A stretch of DNA of 60,488 bases, filler included. It is 4 parts of 4 records of this genome, joined end to end, with 100 filler letters (N's around TTAATTAATTAA, not from the genome) between each part and the next. Parts side by side here need not be neighbours in the genome. Positions count along the whole stretch, not along the records: positions 30,438 to 45,527 come from SRR31147125_418; 3 more parts are not named here. The stretch is one strand, 5' to 3'. The stretch's first letter is position 1. Every line of letters starts with the position of its first letter. The position numbers and the translations under genes were made by a program. Shown in pieces: positions 31,081 through 41,339 of this stretch. The notes beneath the pieces are model-generated. The model made no database searches. It was not told where the DNA came from and was given only the letters and a program-made list of their open reading frames with translations.

Positions 31081-31605
31081 TTATTCAGAATGTGGATATG
31101 GTAGCATATGAATGGAGAAAGAGATAATCTGTTTTTCAGGAGGAACATCATCCATTGTAAGTGGAGTGTCTTCTGACAACTGAACATCGTCAGCCGGGTT
31201 CCATGATTCCGATAAAAGACATAATAGATGGCCTTTAACAAATCCACTTGCTGTGCCGGTAGGACCATCTGCCTGATACCGGTAATCCGGCGTCCAACCC
31301 TCTTTTTCCAGCAATTTTGTTACGTTTTCCATAGTGGTATATAATGTGACCTGTTTTCCTGTGAATAAAGTGTGTGCCAGCTGACCTTCCAGTTTTTGAT
31401 CACTGTTGAAATCATAAAAGGATGAATCACACACGTGCATGTCTGTTCCAGGAATTTCTACTTTATTTAAAATGGTCTTCAATGCGCTAACATGAGCAAG
31501 ATCTTTGATTTTTGCAGGTGACTTTTCCACTTTTGCCGAGGGTGTCTGCTGGCAATTTATTGTAATACTTGCGAGGAAACAAAAAAGGAACAAATATGTC
31601 TTCAT
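31081..31605 (-). CDS. Putative lipoprotein of unknown function
   Basis: Signal-like MKTYLFLFCFLASITINC followed by QQ. Confidence 0.65.
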   Translation of the reverse strand: MKTYLFLFCFLASITINCQQTPSAKVEKSPAKIKDLAHVSALKTILNKVEIPGTDMHVCDSSFYDFNSDQKLEGQLAHTLFTGKQVTLYTTMENVTKLLEKEGWTPDYRYQADGPTGTASGFVKGHLLCLLSESWNPADDVQLSEDTPLTMDDVPPEKQIISFSIHMLPYPHSE

Positions 31606-31643
31606 TTTTAAATCCGAATTAAAGTGAGTTTGATCAAATAATT

Positions 31644-31688
31644 AAAAAAACGCAGGCATTATTGTAAAGATAAATACAATAATGCCTG
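31644..31688 (-). terminator. Intrinsic terminator after esterase gene
   Basis: 14-bp perfect stem CAGGCATTATTGTA/TACAATAATGCCTG, with a T7 tract on the minus strand. Confidence 0.75.
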
Positions 31689-31761
31689 AAAAAGTTTATT
31701 TCGTTCACCAATTAATGATGATTATAATAAATATTCTAATCATTTGCAAAAATAAACGCAC

Positions 31762-33297
31762 TTATTTCGTATCTGTGTGAAATGGTGAAGCCGGCAGTCC
31801 TTCTTTATTGATAAGATTTGGCGTAGCTTCTTCATGCCAGCCAAAGCGCACAGACACAGGATTTTCTACTTCGCTGCTCCATACCTCAACCTTATCACCG
31901 TAAAGTCTGGCCTGGGCTTTGACAAATATGTTATCCGGACCGGCAATTTCGAACCAATCCAATGGTTTTCCGTCTTTGCTGGCCAGACCGTTTTCGGCAA
32001 AGTCAAATTGAATCTGAATTTTACCATCCAGGATTTTATACGATTTATACAAAGGTCCCGAGTAAACAAGGTCCTTTTGGCCATAGGTTTTCGCCAGAGC
32101 CCAGAGAGCCAGTCTTCTGCCAACTTCCTGCTTGTTCCGCGGATGAATATCCAAAACATTACCAATATCTGTAGTTACAATCATTCCTGTGTTGGCAATA
32201 GTCAAAGCTTTTCGTTGTCCTTCACGGACCTGGGCCAGTTTGAGAGCGTTGCCATCCTTGGTATTTTTATAAGCGTAACTATAAGGTGCCAGTTGTACAT
32301 AATAGAATGGAAAATCATCCTGGCCCCATACTGTTCGCCAACCGTTAATCAGGGCCTGCATTTTGTCAAAATAGAATAGTCCATCACCCCGATTGCTTTC
32401 TCCCTGGTACCAGATGGCGCCGCGAAAGGCAAAGGGGACAAGCCCGTGGATCATTCCGTTATACAAGGCTGTCGGCTTTTGGTGATGTTGCAGAGGATAT
32501 GTGGCCAATTTTGGCATGTCAGGAATGTCTGTATTTGCTGCAAATGCTGTTTTTGCTTCTGTCAGCCACTTTTCTATGTCATTGAGTGACTTTTCCATGT
32601 TAACTTTGTATGTGTCTCCGGCTGTCTCTATTTCTGTCACAATATCCTGTAATGATTGTACAGATTTGAATCCAGCCGGTGGTGTCCAGGGTTCAATCCG
32701 TGTCCCTCCCCAGGATGAATTAATTAAACCAATTGGTACATCTAATTCATCGAAAAGATTTTTTCCATAAAAATAGCCTATTGCGGAAAAATCGATGGCT
32801 GTTTGAGGATTACATTCCTGCCATTTGGCAGAGACATCTTTTTGTGGAAATCCCGCCGCTATTCTTTTAACCTGTAAAAACCGTATTTTAGGATTGTTCG
32901 CAGCCAGTATTTCAGATACATTGTTTTGAACGGAACGCATGGACCACTGCATGTTGGATTGTCCGGAACAAATCCATACTTCACCGACCAGTACATTTTC
33001 CAAAGTTACTGTATTATTACCTTTGATGGTCATAACGTAGGGACCGCCAGCCTTCATTTCCGGTAACGTGACGTTCCAGTTTCCCTGCTTGTCTGTTTTA
33101 GCCTTTTGTTTGTTTTTTTCAATCTCTACGGTCACGTTTTCGCCTGGTTCTGCCCAGCCCCAGATCTTTAGAGGTTTGTTCTGCTGCAGAACCATATTAC
33201 TTCCTATAACGGCAGGCAGGGTGACATCCGCCAGAATTTGACCTGTGCAAATAAAGAGTAACATGAAAACAAGAAATAGTTTGTACGTGAACTTCAT
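31762..33297 (-). CDS. Secreted sialate O-acetylesterase (SASA domain) family esterase
   Basis: Signal peptide, GEVWICSGQSNM, WGGT, IWYQGESN, DIHP. Confidence 0.92.
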   Translation of the reverse strand: MKFTYKLFLVFMLLFICTGQILADVTLPAVIGSNMVLQQNKPLKIWGWAEPGENVTVEIEKNKQKAKTDKQGNWNVTLPEMKAGGPYVMTIKGNNTVTLENVLVGEVWICSGQSNMQWSMRSVQNNVSEILAANNPKIRFLQVKRIAAGFPQKDVSAKWQECNPQTAIDFSAIGYFYGKNLFDELDVPIGLINSSWGGTRIEPWTPPAGFKSVQSLQDIVTEIETAGDTYKVNMEKSLNDIEKWLTEAKTAFAANTDIPDMPKLATYPLQHHQKPTALYNGMIHGLVPFAFRGAIWYQGESNRGDGLFYFDKMQALINGWRTVWGQDDFPFYYVQLAPYSYAYKNTKDGNALKLAQVREGQRKALTIANTGMIVTTDIGNVLDIHPRNKQEVGRRLALWALAKTYGQKDLVYSGPLYKSYKILDGKIQIQFDFAENGLASKDGKPLDWFEIAGPDNIFVKAQARLYGDKVEVWSSEVENPVSVRFGWHEEATPNLINKEGLPASPFHTDTK

Positions 33298-33531
33298 TAG
33301 GTTGCCTCCAATCAGGTGATGAGTGTAGAGTAAAAGATTATTTTATAAATGTACAGACAAATAAAGTGTGGTGCGATTATGAAATGTTAAAAATGGATGT
33401 TGATTCCTGTAGTGGCCATTTCGAACAACTTTTATTGATTGTTTTGGACTGATTTTGCCGTGAAATCCATCTTGAGATTTGTTGAATCGAAGGAGTTAAT
33501 ATTATGTGAATTGTCCTTAGAAATGAACGAA

Positions 33532-33981
33532 TCACTCTTCTCCAAGCGCATCTAAATCTGCAAGATCCTGCTTCCTGCCAGTAGATCGTTTGTTTTTAAT
33601 AAATTCTGCTCTTCCCAGAAAATTGACCATGATGTTTCCATATTTTCCTTTTTCGCTGCCTTTAATCGCTTCATCCCAATTTACGCCATTAATAGAGGTG
33701 ATAAGGTCAATTCTTACAGGTGGCATTCCGAGTTGAATGACTTGATTTGGTTTCTCAAAATCGGATTCTTTTAATCCGACTGTTCCAAAACCAAATTCAT
33801 CAATTGCCTTTATTATTTTTTTAGAATTATTTTTTGTTGGATTAACATATATATCCATATCACCAGTATACCGGGGAGCACCATGAAATGCAAGTGCGTA
33901 TCCACCGACAATGATAAATTCTACATTATGAACGTTTAACAATTCGAGCAACTCTTTGAAGTCTTGCTGTATTTTCATCAT
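33532..33981 (-). CDS. Minimal nucleotidyltransferase-fold protein (TA/Abi-like pair member)
   Basis: IVGGYALAFHG.PRYTGDMD, NKRSTGRKQDLAD. Confidence 0.8.
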   Translation of the reverse strand: MMKIQQDFKELLELLNVHNVEFIIVGGYALAFHGAPRYTGDMDIYVNPTKNNSKKIIKAIDEFGFGTVGLKESDFEKPNQVIQLGMPPVRIDLITSINGVNWDEAIKGSEKGKYGNIMVNFLGRAEFIKNKRSTGRKQDLADLDALGEE

Positions 33982-34114
33982 ATTGTTGCCTTCGTAATAT
34001 CTCAACAGCGGAAATTCTCTCTTCCGGTGTTTTGCTTAACCAGTAAGACAAATCTTCCTTTTTCGTTTTTTCAAAATCCGAGAGATTTCGAATTTTTACA
34101 ACCTTGTGAATCAT
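33926..34114 (-). CDS. Small partner protein upstream of the nucleotidyltransferase
   Basis: 62 aa, DLSYWLSKTPEERISAVEILR; overlaps the downstream gene. Confidence 0.7.
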   Translation of the reverse strand: MIHKVVKIRNLSDFEKTKKEDLSYWLSKTPEERISAVEILRRQQYDENTARLQRVARIVKRS

Positions 34115-34266
34115 TTTAATTTTCTATTTGTGAAATACTTACCTTTATTTAAATATACAATTATTTTCGAGTCTTATTCAATAAATAAATGGGTAATTTT
34201 ATATTTTTAACCAGTCGTCCTCTATTCAAAAATGACTATAGGGATATCCAGGTACCGCTGAACTTT

Positions 34267-36429
34267 TTAATCCGCTGGAATGTGTCGGCGATATTCATCC
34301 CTACAAAGCCCAATTTTATCAAATGGAATAGCCTTAAAACCAATTTCAGAAGCCTTATTTTTTTTATTTATCCGCAATTTGTCCTCTGACAGGTCAACAA
34401 CGCCAGGATCGGCATTTGTCACAAGATCATCCTTATTTATATATTCCTGATCTGTTTTATAAACCAGATTATCTTTTATATGAACCACAGAAAGGTCGAG
34501 TCCGTTATGCAGAGAAAGCCATTTGCCCCGGTAAGAAATATTGTGTTGGATTTTATTGTATTTGGCCACAGCCGGTTCGTCATCATATAATGTCAGCAGT
34601 TCCGGATACTTTTCACTGTACGGCGGTTGACTGTAATTCATGGCATCCATGCGATCGAACAGCGTATTTGTGGTGCCATCAAAGTAATATTTGGCCCATC
34701 CCAGACCTCTGGAATCTACATGAACCGAAGGGGAACAATCTATAAACAGGTTGTTTTCAACTGTGTTATCCCGTCCACCACCAATCATGATGCCCAGACC
34801 GGCTTTATTAAATACATTTCCATAAATAAAGATACCGCTGCTCCAGTCATCCAGATACACCGCGTTGACGCCATACAAGCCGGGGCTGCTCAGGTCATGA
34901 AAATAATTATAACGGATAATATTACCGCGCTGCGTCCAGTCACGCCCCATGTAAAAGGCTCCCACATCGCCGGTTTCTTTGGCAAGCAGGTATAATTCAT
35001 TGTATTCAATAATGTGTTCATTGCCATGCAAAATAATACCGGAATGCGGTGCATCATGAATCCGGTTGTGTGCCAAACGATTACCCACACCGGAAATACT
35101 GATGGCTGCCTGATAGGTCCGGATCCAGGAGCTATAATTATAGATGTGGTTATTCACTGCATAATTCCCGGCAGGAATCAATGTTTTGCGATCACCACCC
35201 GATAAAGCGATACCACCAGAGGCAACCTTGTATATATCACACGATACAATGCCGTTATTTTCTCCGCCATCTATTTTCACTGCCTGGCTGCCCAGGTTAC
35301 GAATTGTGCAACCGGCTATGAGGTTGTTGCTGCCACCTGTTATCGAAATCGCCATACCGCGACTGAATTCCAGATAAAGTCTCTGAATAGTTAAATATTC
35401 TGTATTTTCAAGTGAAATTAATGGATCGGACAGGATGGAAACAAAAGCCTTTCCCTCTGTGAGCGGGGCTGGCGGCCAAAAATATAACAGTCCATTCTTT
35501 CGATCCACAAACCATTCTCCGGGACGATCCAGTTCCTCCAGTATATTGACGGCGTAATAGCGTTGCTCTTTACAATAGCCATAGTGAGAGTGAGGTTCAC
35601 GGATATGAATCTCCCGGCGATTTTTATCGATAGTTTTGACATGTAAAAACTCATCAAACCAGTCCCAGGTCCAGTAGCCGTGCAACACGATTTCATCCAC
35701 GTTGGACCAGCGCAATGGACGATCCTCGCTAAAGGTGATTCGGCCATAATGCCTGCCAACAGGCAAACCATGACGTTTATGGGGCAGTTCCCCCGGATTC
35801 ACCAGCTTGCCGGTTTGCGGAACGTCTGCGATTTTAACCCAGCCTTCATTTGGCCAGCGGGCCAGTGGCATACGCTTATCCTGGAAAAACAGCTCCATTC
35901 CCGGATTACCGCGCGGCGTTATGATACCGTAATCGGTAATTCCCTGGGCCTTGAGGTCGGTTACCAGTATTTTGTCACGGCTATCCTTGTCCAGACGAGG
36001 CAAAACAGATTTATCGCTGACAGGCTCAAAACCGGTTATTTCTTTACCACCCACCAGTTGGACTTTTTCCTCTTTATAATTTCGCCAGACGATGGGATTT
36101 GTTTTGCTGCCGGAATCCTGCTGGTCAAGGTGAAAGCTTTTTGTCAGAGGATAAACACCCTGGCAAAGGTTTATTTTCACTCCGTTTTCAGGCAGTTTTT
36201 CGTCTTTTTTCAGAGATCGTATTGTATCCCTGGCTTTTTCCAGGGTTAAAAAAGGACCATCCGTATGCTCAGAGTTCGTTGTTGCCAGTGTGCCTGACCA
36301 GGAGTCGTTACCGGACGGTGAAATATAAAATGTCATTGGTTTTTTACCGATCAGGCCGCAGTGAATATGTGAAAAAGCCAAACAGAATAATGAAAGTAAA
36401 AAAAAGTATTGAACGAAATATCTTTTCAT
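34267..36429 (-). CDS. Secreted right-handed beta-helix protein (GH141-like architecture)
   Basis: FYISPSGND.WSG..DGPF.TLEKARD, LARWPN, LEELD.PGEW, repeated NxI motifs, DVGAFY, VYLDD. Confidence 0.8.
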   Translation of the reverse strand: MKRYFVQYFFLLSLFCLAFSHIHCGLIGKKPMTFYISPSGNDSWSGTLATTNSEHTDGPFLTLEKARDTIRSLKKDEKLPENGVKINLCQGVYPLTKSFHLDQQDSGSKTNPIVWRNYKEEKVQLVGGKEITGFEPVSDKSVLPRLDKDSRDKILVTDLKAQGITDYGIITPRGNPGMELFFQDKRMPLARWPNEGWVKIADVPQTGKLVNPGELPHKRHGLPVGRHYGRITFSEDRPLRWSNVDEIVLHGYWTWDWFDEFLHVKTIDKNRREIHIREPHSHYGYCKEQRYYAVNILEELDRPGEWFVDRKNGLLYFWPPAPLTEGKAFVSILSDPLISLENTEYLTIQRLYLEFSRGMAISITGGSNNLIAGCTIRNLGSQAVKIDGGENNGIVSCDIYKVASGGIALSGGDRKTLIPAGNYAVNNHIYNYSSWIRTYQAAISISGVGNRLAHNRIHDAPHSGIILHGNEHIIEYNELYLLAKETGDVGAFYMGRDWTQRGNIIRYNYFHDLSSPGLYGVNAVYLDDWSSGIFIYGNVFNKAGLGIMIGGGRDNTVENNLFIDCSPSVHVDSRGLGWAKYYFDGTTNTLFDRMDAMNYSQPPYSEKYPELLTLYDDEPAVAKYNKIQHNISYRGKWLSLHNGLDLSVVHIKDNLVYKTDQEYINKDDLVTNADPGVVDLSEDKLRINKKNKASEIGFKAIPFDKIGLCRDEYRRHIPAD

Positions 36430-36480
36430 CTTGAATTCCCCGTATCAAAGTTTACTATGAAAAAGTATAAAGTTATTTTA

Positions 36481-38481
36481 TTAGTTCTGATTTGTCTTTG
36501 TCATAGTAGTAATTGTGCCTGCATCCGGGATACCTGGAGTCGTATACCAGGATTCAAAAAAATCCGTCATGTTGCCGGGCCAGGTAACTCGCTTGACATT
36601 CATCCAGGTGAGCTGGTCGCCTACGGTATAATAAATATAGGTCTTACCATTGACCTCAACCAGGTCCGGATCCGAAGCATTGATGCCTTCATCCAGGTCC
36701 TCCGCCCGCAGAACCGGATTCGCCGCACTTAATTCCCAGTGACGCAAATCCTGTGAACGGGTGATATAGGTCTCGTATACATGTCTCGGGGATCGGTTCT
36801 CCAGGTAAAGGACGTAATACCAGCCATTGCTATAACGAATGCACGGGCAGGCAGTATAACGATTGGTACCAAATGTAGCCTCAGGAAGTTTTGTCCAGTT
36901 TTCCAGATCCTGCGATTGGGCTAATTTGACCGTGAACGCCGGCCAGGTTTTATCACTGGATTCATAGGTCATCACAAATCCATCCGCACCCTGGCACACA
37001 GAAGAATTAAAGATGCCCTCGTTTTCACCATTAATAACGATCTTGGATTGCCATTTTTTCAGATCAGATGACTTGAAAAGAGTGACATCTTTCCACTGAC
37101 CGTTATCCCAGCGGGAAGCAAATATGTAAACAGTATTATTAAACACATGCAGGGAGGCCAGTCCATAACCCTCGGCACAGCGGGCTAGTTCTTCACCGGT
37201 TTCTGCATCTTTAAGCAGGATATAATAGTCTGAAACTGTACCGCCACTACCCGGTCGAATACAATCCATATGACACAAGCGGTTTTTCCAGATAAAAGGT
37301 GTTATTTCACACATGTCACGTTTAATCAGTTTTTTGTCCACAAGTTTTGATGGCTGGCGAGGTGAAGGGGGTATGAGGTGTTGAAATACATCTACGGGCC
37401 AGTGAGGTAAGCGAAAGAATCCATCCGGCATGCCCTGCTGAAACTGCACATAGGCTTTGACATCCCCTTTGGTGGTGTATTGAATATCTGATACCGTCTC
37501 TTTATTAACGAGAACACCGAACACTTTATAACCCATAAGCGTGCAATCCTCAATGTCCACGTGCATCAGTTTGCCATCCTGCACACTTTGGATGATGCCA
37601 TTGGATGGTGTACCATGGGGCTGACTGAAATTGAGTGTGATTAGTCTACAGCGGTTTAGTTTTATGTGAGAGAATGTGTGAAAACCATAGTTGCTGCTCT
37701 TTAAAGCGCATTGGGGACTGACCATGGTGCAATCCTCAAACAAAACATCCGCTTTATCGGGCATGGTTTTATTCTCCACGCGAACGTAGGCTCCGGCTGT
37801 GTCACCCCACTCGTCCAGGGCCCACAAGTGACAACGACGGAAGGTGATAGGTTCTTGATGCCGGGACAAACAATTAGCCACACCGCCACCAAAAGCACGA
37901 CCGATGCTGATACAATCCTCAATAAGAACACTGAAAGGTTTGACCTGATTGGTCAAATCAAAAAAGATTCCGGCATCTCCGCCTGTTACATACAGGTTTG
38001 ATAAATGCCAGCGATCCCAGCCAATGGCGGAAAAAGTGGAATCTGTATGTTCTTTTGACCATCCCTGGGAATTGGAACGAAAGGGTCCCCACCAGTCGTA
38101 GCTCTTGAAACCCTGCTGCTTTGGATCGCTGGAGTCAATAATAACCCAACCGGTTGTGCCGGATCCCAGAGAGCCATCCGTATCTCCTAAAAGCTGGTTG
38201 TATGCACCTTTGGCACCTTTATTGGCAGGGAAGAGCATGGCTTCAAAATAGGTGTCCGGACGGACAATAATACGGTAATCGCCACGATTATCCGGAATGG
38301 CATCGAGAGCAGCCTGGATGTTATTGAAAGCATTGGCCCAACTGGTTCCATCCGAATGACTTCCGAGTTTAGAAACGTAATATGTTTTGACATCAGGAGC
38401 AGATGAGTGAGCGAGGGAAGGATTAATAAGAGTCGTACTGAAAAGTAAGCAAAGCAGAGAAATAAGAGATGTAAGTCGCAT
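36481..38481 (-). CDS. Secreted two-domain protein: beta-helix-like N-domain plus beta-propeller GH-like C-domain
   Basis: Signal peptide; YYVSKLG..DGTSWANAF..IQAALD; C-terminal S.DL..W repeats and INASDPD. Start at ATG 38481 behind GGAGG. Confidence 0.7.
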   Translation of the reverse strand: MRLTSLISLLCLLFSTTLINPSLAHSSAPDVKTYYVSKLGSHSDGTSWANAFNNIQAALDAIPDNRGDYRIIVRPDTYFEAMLFPANKGAKGAYNQLLGDTDGSLGSGTTGWVIIDSSDPKQQGFKSYDWWGPFRSNSQGWSKEHTDSTFSAIGWDRWHLSNLYVTGGDAGIFFDLTNQVKPFSVLIEDCISIGRAFGGGVANCLSRHQEPITFRRCHLWALDEWGDTAGAYVRVENKTMPDKADVLFEDCTMVSPQCALKSSNYGFHTFSHIKLNRCRLITLNFSQPHGTPSNGIIQSVQDGKLMHVDIEDCTLMGYKVFGVLVNKETVSDIQYTTKGDVKAYVQFQQGMPDGFFRLPHWPVDVFQHLIPPSPRQPSKLVDKKLIKRDMCEITPFIWKNRLCHMDCIRPGSGGTVSDYYILLKDAETGEELARCAEGYGLASLHVFNNTVYIFASRWDNGQWKDVTLFKSSDLKKWQSKIVINGENEGIFNSSVCQGADGFVMTYESSDKTWPAFTVKLAQSQDLENWTKLPEATFGTNRYTACPCIRYSNGWYYVLYLENRSPRHVYETYITRSQDLRHWELSAANPVLRAEDLDEGINASDPDLVEVNGKTYIYYTVGDQLTWMNVKRVTWPGNMTDFFESWYTTPGIPDAGTITTMTKTNQN

Positions 38482-38578
38482 GGAGCCCTCCAATAATGTA
38501 TTTTAGCTACAATAAATAGTGTTCAATTAGTAGTAAAACTTTGGATCAGCTATAATATGGCTGATTTATCTAAAAAAA

Positions 38579-38775
38579 TCAGGATATCGTGAGGAAAAGA
38601 TGTTCCAATTTGGTGATAATGTCGGGAGCGCCTTTTATTTCAGCAAGTGGGGAAAGTTGCTCCATAATGTATGTTCTATTCAGTTTGGCCCCCTGATGCA
38701 ATACAATACCTTATTTCACGCCAGTGTATGTTAGTCAGTCTACAGATAAAACAAACTGGTTAATTTGTCAGTCAT
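38579..38775 (-). pseudogene. Internally deleted nucleotidyltransferase-like remnant
   Basis: ATG 4 nt after the upstream stop gives MTDKLTSLFYL-stop. Another frame gives GIVLHQGAKLNRTYIMEQLSPLAEIKGAPDIITKLEHLF, resembling the C-terminus of nucleotidyltransferase partners as I recall them. Confidence 0.55.
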
Positions 38776-38779
38776 GAAT

Positions 38780-39010
38780 TTATTTTTGGTTTAAAGGATG
38801 TTTCTTGATAAATTTTTGAAAATCCACCAGACCACTGCTTTTACGAACTTTCCGGTGATCAAACGCATATTGCAGCATTTTATTCAATAAATCTCTGTTC
38901 TTTTTATAGTGATTTTCAGCACGCATTTCTTTGATTTTTATATCTAAAAGAGCCCTGTCTGCTTTTTTCCAGGTGTTTATCCATTTTTTTGTCTCACTTT
39001 TTTCAGACAT
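38780..39010 (-). CDS. Small TA-associated hypothetical protein
   Basis: 76 aa, W...WKKA...L, SSGLVDFQKF; RBS-like AAGG; precedes the remnant above. Confidence 0.65.
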   Translation of the reverse strand: MSEKSETKKWINTWKKADRALLDIKIKEMRAENHYKKNRDLLNKMLQYAFDHRKVRKSSGLVDFQKFIKKHPLNQK

Positions 39011-39244
39011 AAAAGGACCTTTTCTTATGTCTTGTTTATTCTTACATCAGGTAATACATTCATTTTCATGTATTAAATTAAGGTAAACGGTAGAAAATTG
39101 CAACATTTAAAGTATGGATATCACAAAAATAGTTTTATGAATCTGTACCGGGGTAAACAACCTCAGTGTAGGAGGACTATTGCAGGATTAATAGTGACTC
39201 AGGTGATCTATAAACAGATTAGAGCCATTACCATGCATTTTTCG

Positions 39245-40858
39245 TTAATCCATATTACCTTCACGGATCCCTCTATAAACAAAATTTTTAAAAATAACGC
39301 GACCTTCACCAGCTGCATATAGAGCGATCTTGAGAGTATTAAATCCGCCAAAGGCATTGTGATGGAACGCAGACATTTCAATACCTCGGGAATGCCGTGT
39401 CCAGTTTTTCCCATCGTTGCTATAGAAAAAGTCAACATCATGGTTCCTGTTTTGGATTCTCATGAATACCCGATTCTTTTTCCATTCAACACTTCTACCG
39501 GGTTGGGAACGGCGTATACTGAAGAGTTTCTCTGTTGTTGCTGCAAATCCGGCATAGTGATCCTGATTATAATGTAACAGTAAACCAGCCTCGGCTGTTT
39601 CAGGCAGAATAATCTCAACCTCAGCCGTATAGGAAGAATTTACCGGAAAACAGGTGAGCTTGGACGCATCTGCGGCACTGCTTCCTTTGGCTTCCATGGC
39701 GAGTTGTCCATTGTCAAGTTGATATGCTTTACCCGGTTTTTCATTTTCCCAATATCTCCATTGTAGTCCAGGTTTTTCACCGGAAAAATCGTCTGAAAGC
39801 GGAAGACCATGACCGACATTTTCACCTGCCGTTTTTTTTATCGGATCCGAAGAATTAATACCTTTCGGGATTTGTGGCCAACCATCCTCCGTCCACTCCA
39901 CAGGCATAAGTAATGTGCTGCGTCCATGGGTGCGAAAACCATTGGCATAGGCATGATACACAACCCACCAGGAACCATCAACAGCATCGATCAGGGTGCC
40001 ATGTCCCTGCGACCACCACGCCTCATCCCGGTTTTCAGTTCTGAGCAATGGATTCAAGGGTGAATTCACCCATGGCCCGGTTGGTGATTTTGAACGGGCT
40101 ACAACGATCATGTGACTTGTGGATGGCCCGGCTGTGCCTCCCTGCGCAGATACCATGTAGTAATATCCCTGGCGATAAAATAATTTCGGACTTTCTAGGC
40201 ACTTACATTCCACGTTCCATTCCTGTGGATAGTCCCAGCCATCATAGATTTTTTTCAACTCGCCATTCGTTTGCAGTCCGTCAGCGGTTAGAGGGATCAT
40301 CCTCCCACCGGATAAATATAAAAAGCGGTTTCCTGCCAGATCAGCAATGTGGCCGGGATCAATATGCCCGACCTTGAGGTCCGTCACATTGCTCCACGGG
40401 CCAGCCGGATCTTCTGCCGTGATTACAAAATTACTTCTTGTGGTTTCACCGTCAGGGGAATCTACCCGGGCGGGGAAGTAAATATAATAAAGCTTGTTAT
40501 AATAAAGGATCTCCGGGGCCCATATATCTCCGATGAAATCAGAAATGGCATTCGTTATGGGTTCCCAGTTCACCAGATCACGGGAATGCCAGATCAATAG
40601 TCCGGGTCGACCTCTGAGGGGCGTATGGGTCATGTAATAGTCTTTCTCTACCCGTATAATGGATGGATCAGGATACTCACCTGCAAGTATTGGATTCTGA
40701 TAATAACCATTGCCCAGATCCGGTTGTGGTTGATTTTCAAGTTTGACCAATTCAGTCCGGTTCATGCTGGTGTTTTTATGACTATCCCGAGCATAACTAT
40801 CAATAACAAGGCATATAACAAGAACCAGTTGAAAAAAGAACAGGTTTTTATTGACCAT
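39245..40858 (-). CDS. GH43 glycoside hydrolase (beta-xylosidase/arabinofuranosidase-like) with C-terminal beta-sandwich
   Basis: NPILAGEYPDPS, WAPE, IDPG, LESPK, GHGTL. Confidence 0.92.
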   Translation of the reverse strand: MVNKNLFFFQLVLVICLVIDSYARDSHKNTSMNRTELVKLENQPQPDLGNGYYQNPILAGEYPDPSIIRVEKDYYMTHTPLRGRPGLLIWHSRDLVNWEPITNAISDFIGDIWAPEILYYNKLYYIYFPARVDSPDGETTRSNFVITAEDPAGPWSNVTDLKVGHIDPGHIADLAGNRFLYLSGGRMIPLTADGLQTNGELKKIYDGWDYPQEWNVECKCLESPKLFYRQGYYYMVSAQGGTAGPSTSHMIVVARSKSPTGPWVNSPLNPLLRTENRDEAWWSQGHGTLIDAVDGSWWVVYHAYANGFRTHGRSTLLMPVEWTEDGWPQIPKGINSSDPIKKTAGENVGHGLPLSDDFSGEKPGLQWRYWENEKPGKAYQLDNGQLAMEAKGSSAADASKLTCFPVNSSYTAEVEIILPETAEAGLLLHYNQDHYAGFAATTEKLFSIRRSQPGRSVEWKKNRVFMRIQNRNHDVDFFYSNDGKNWTRHSRGIEMSAFHHNAFGGFNTLKIALYAAGEGRVIFKNFVYRGIREGNMD

Positions 40859-41006
40859 ATTATGTTTTCCTCTATTAATTCGGGATGGTTTAATTGATTT
40901 GATCGCTTTTTTCAGGATTGAGTATTAAAAGAAAGGAATAAATATTTAAATAAATTGAGTAGGGTGGTAGCAGCATCGTTTTAATAAGTTTCGCCATTTA
41001 CTGTTA

Positions 41007-41249
41007 TTAGCGAATAGCCAGAAGACTTTCCGTTTCAATATCTTCATCAATATCTTCCCAGTGAACACCTATTCCTTCTCCTATTAAACGCCAATTATCC
41101 CGTTGTTCATCCGTAGCATTTAAAAGTTTAGGAAACCATTCCAATGGTGCAGAAATTTCACGGCCGTCTAACAATATAAGATGAATAGAGTCTTGTGAAA
41201 AAGTGACACTGCTTGCTAATGGTTCAATTTTTAGATTTTTGGTATATAT
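41007..41249 (-). CDS. DUF2442-family protein (80 aa) with ATA at the start position; absent from the ORF track
   Basis: LLDGREISAPLEWFPKLLNATDEQRDNWRLIGEGIGVHWEDIDEDI. AGGAG RBS precedes ATA at 41249. May be a pseudogene. Confidence 0.8.
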   Translation of the reverse strand: MYTKNLKIEPLASSVTFSQDSIHLILLDGREISAPLEWFPKLLNATDEQRDNWRLIGEGIGVHWEDIDEDIETESLLAIR

Positions 41250-41339
41250 TGTTTTTTCTCCTGATTAATTAAACCCTTGAGTTCAAGTAATAAGTGCAAC
41301 ATATATCAGATGATATTAATTTAGTATTTTTTATTTCAT

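Noticed and set aside
30933-31268. 111-aa ORF or 39-aa peptide MKTKCPVQ...KVH between two genes
   Set aside because: It largely overlaps the lipoprotein gene and has no clear RBS or family signal; cannot be supported.
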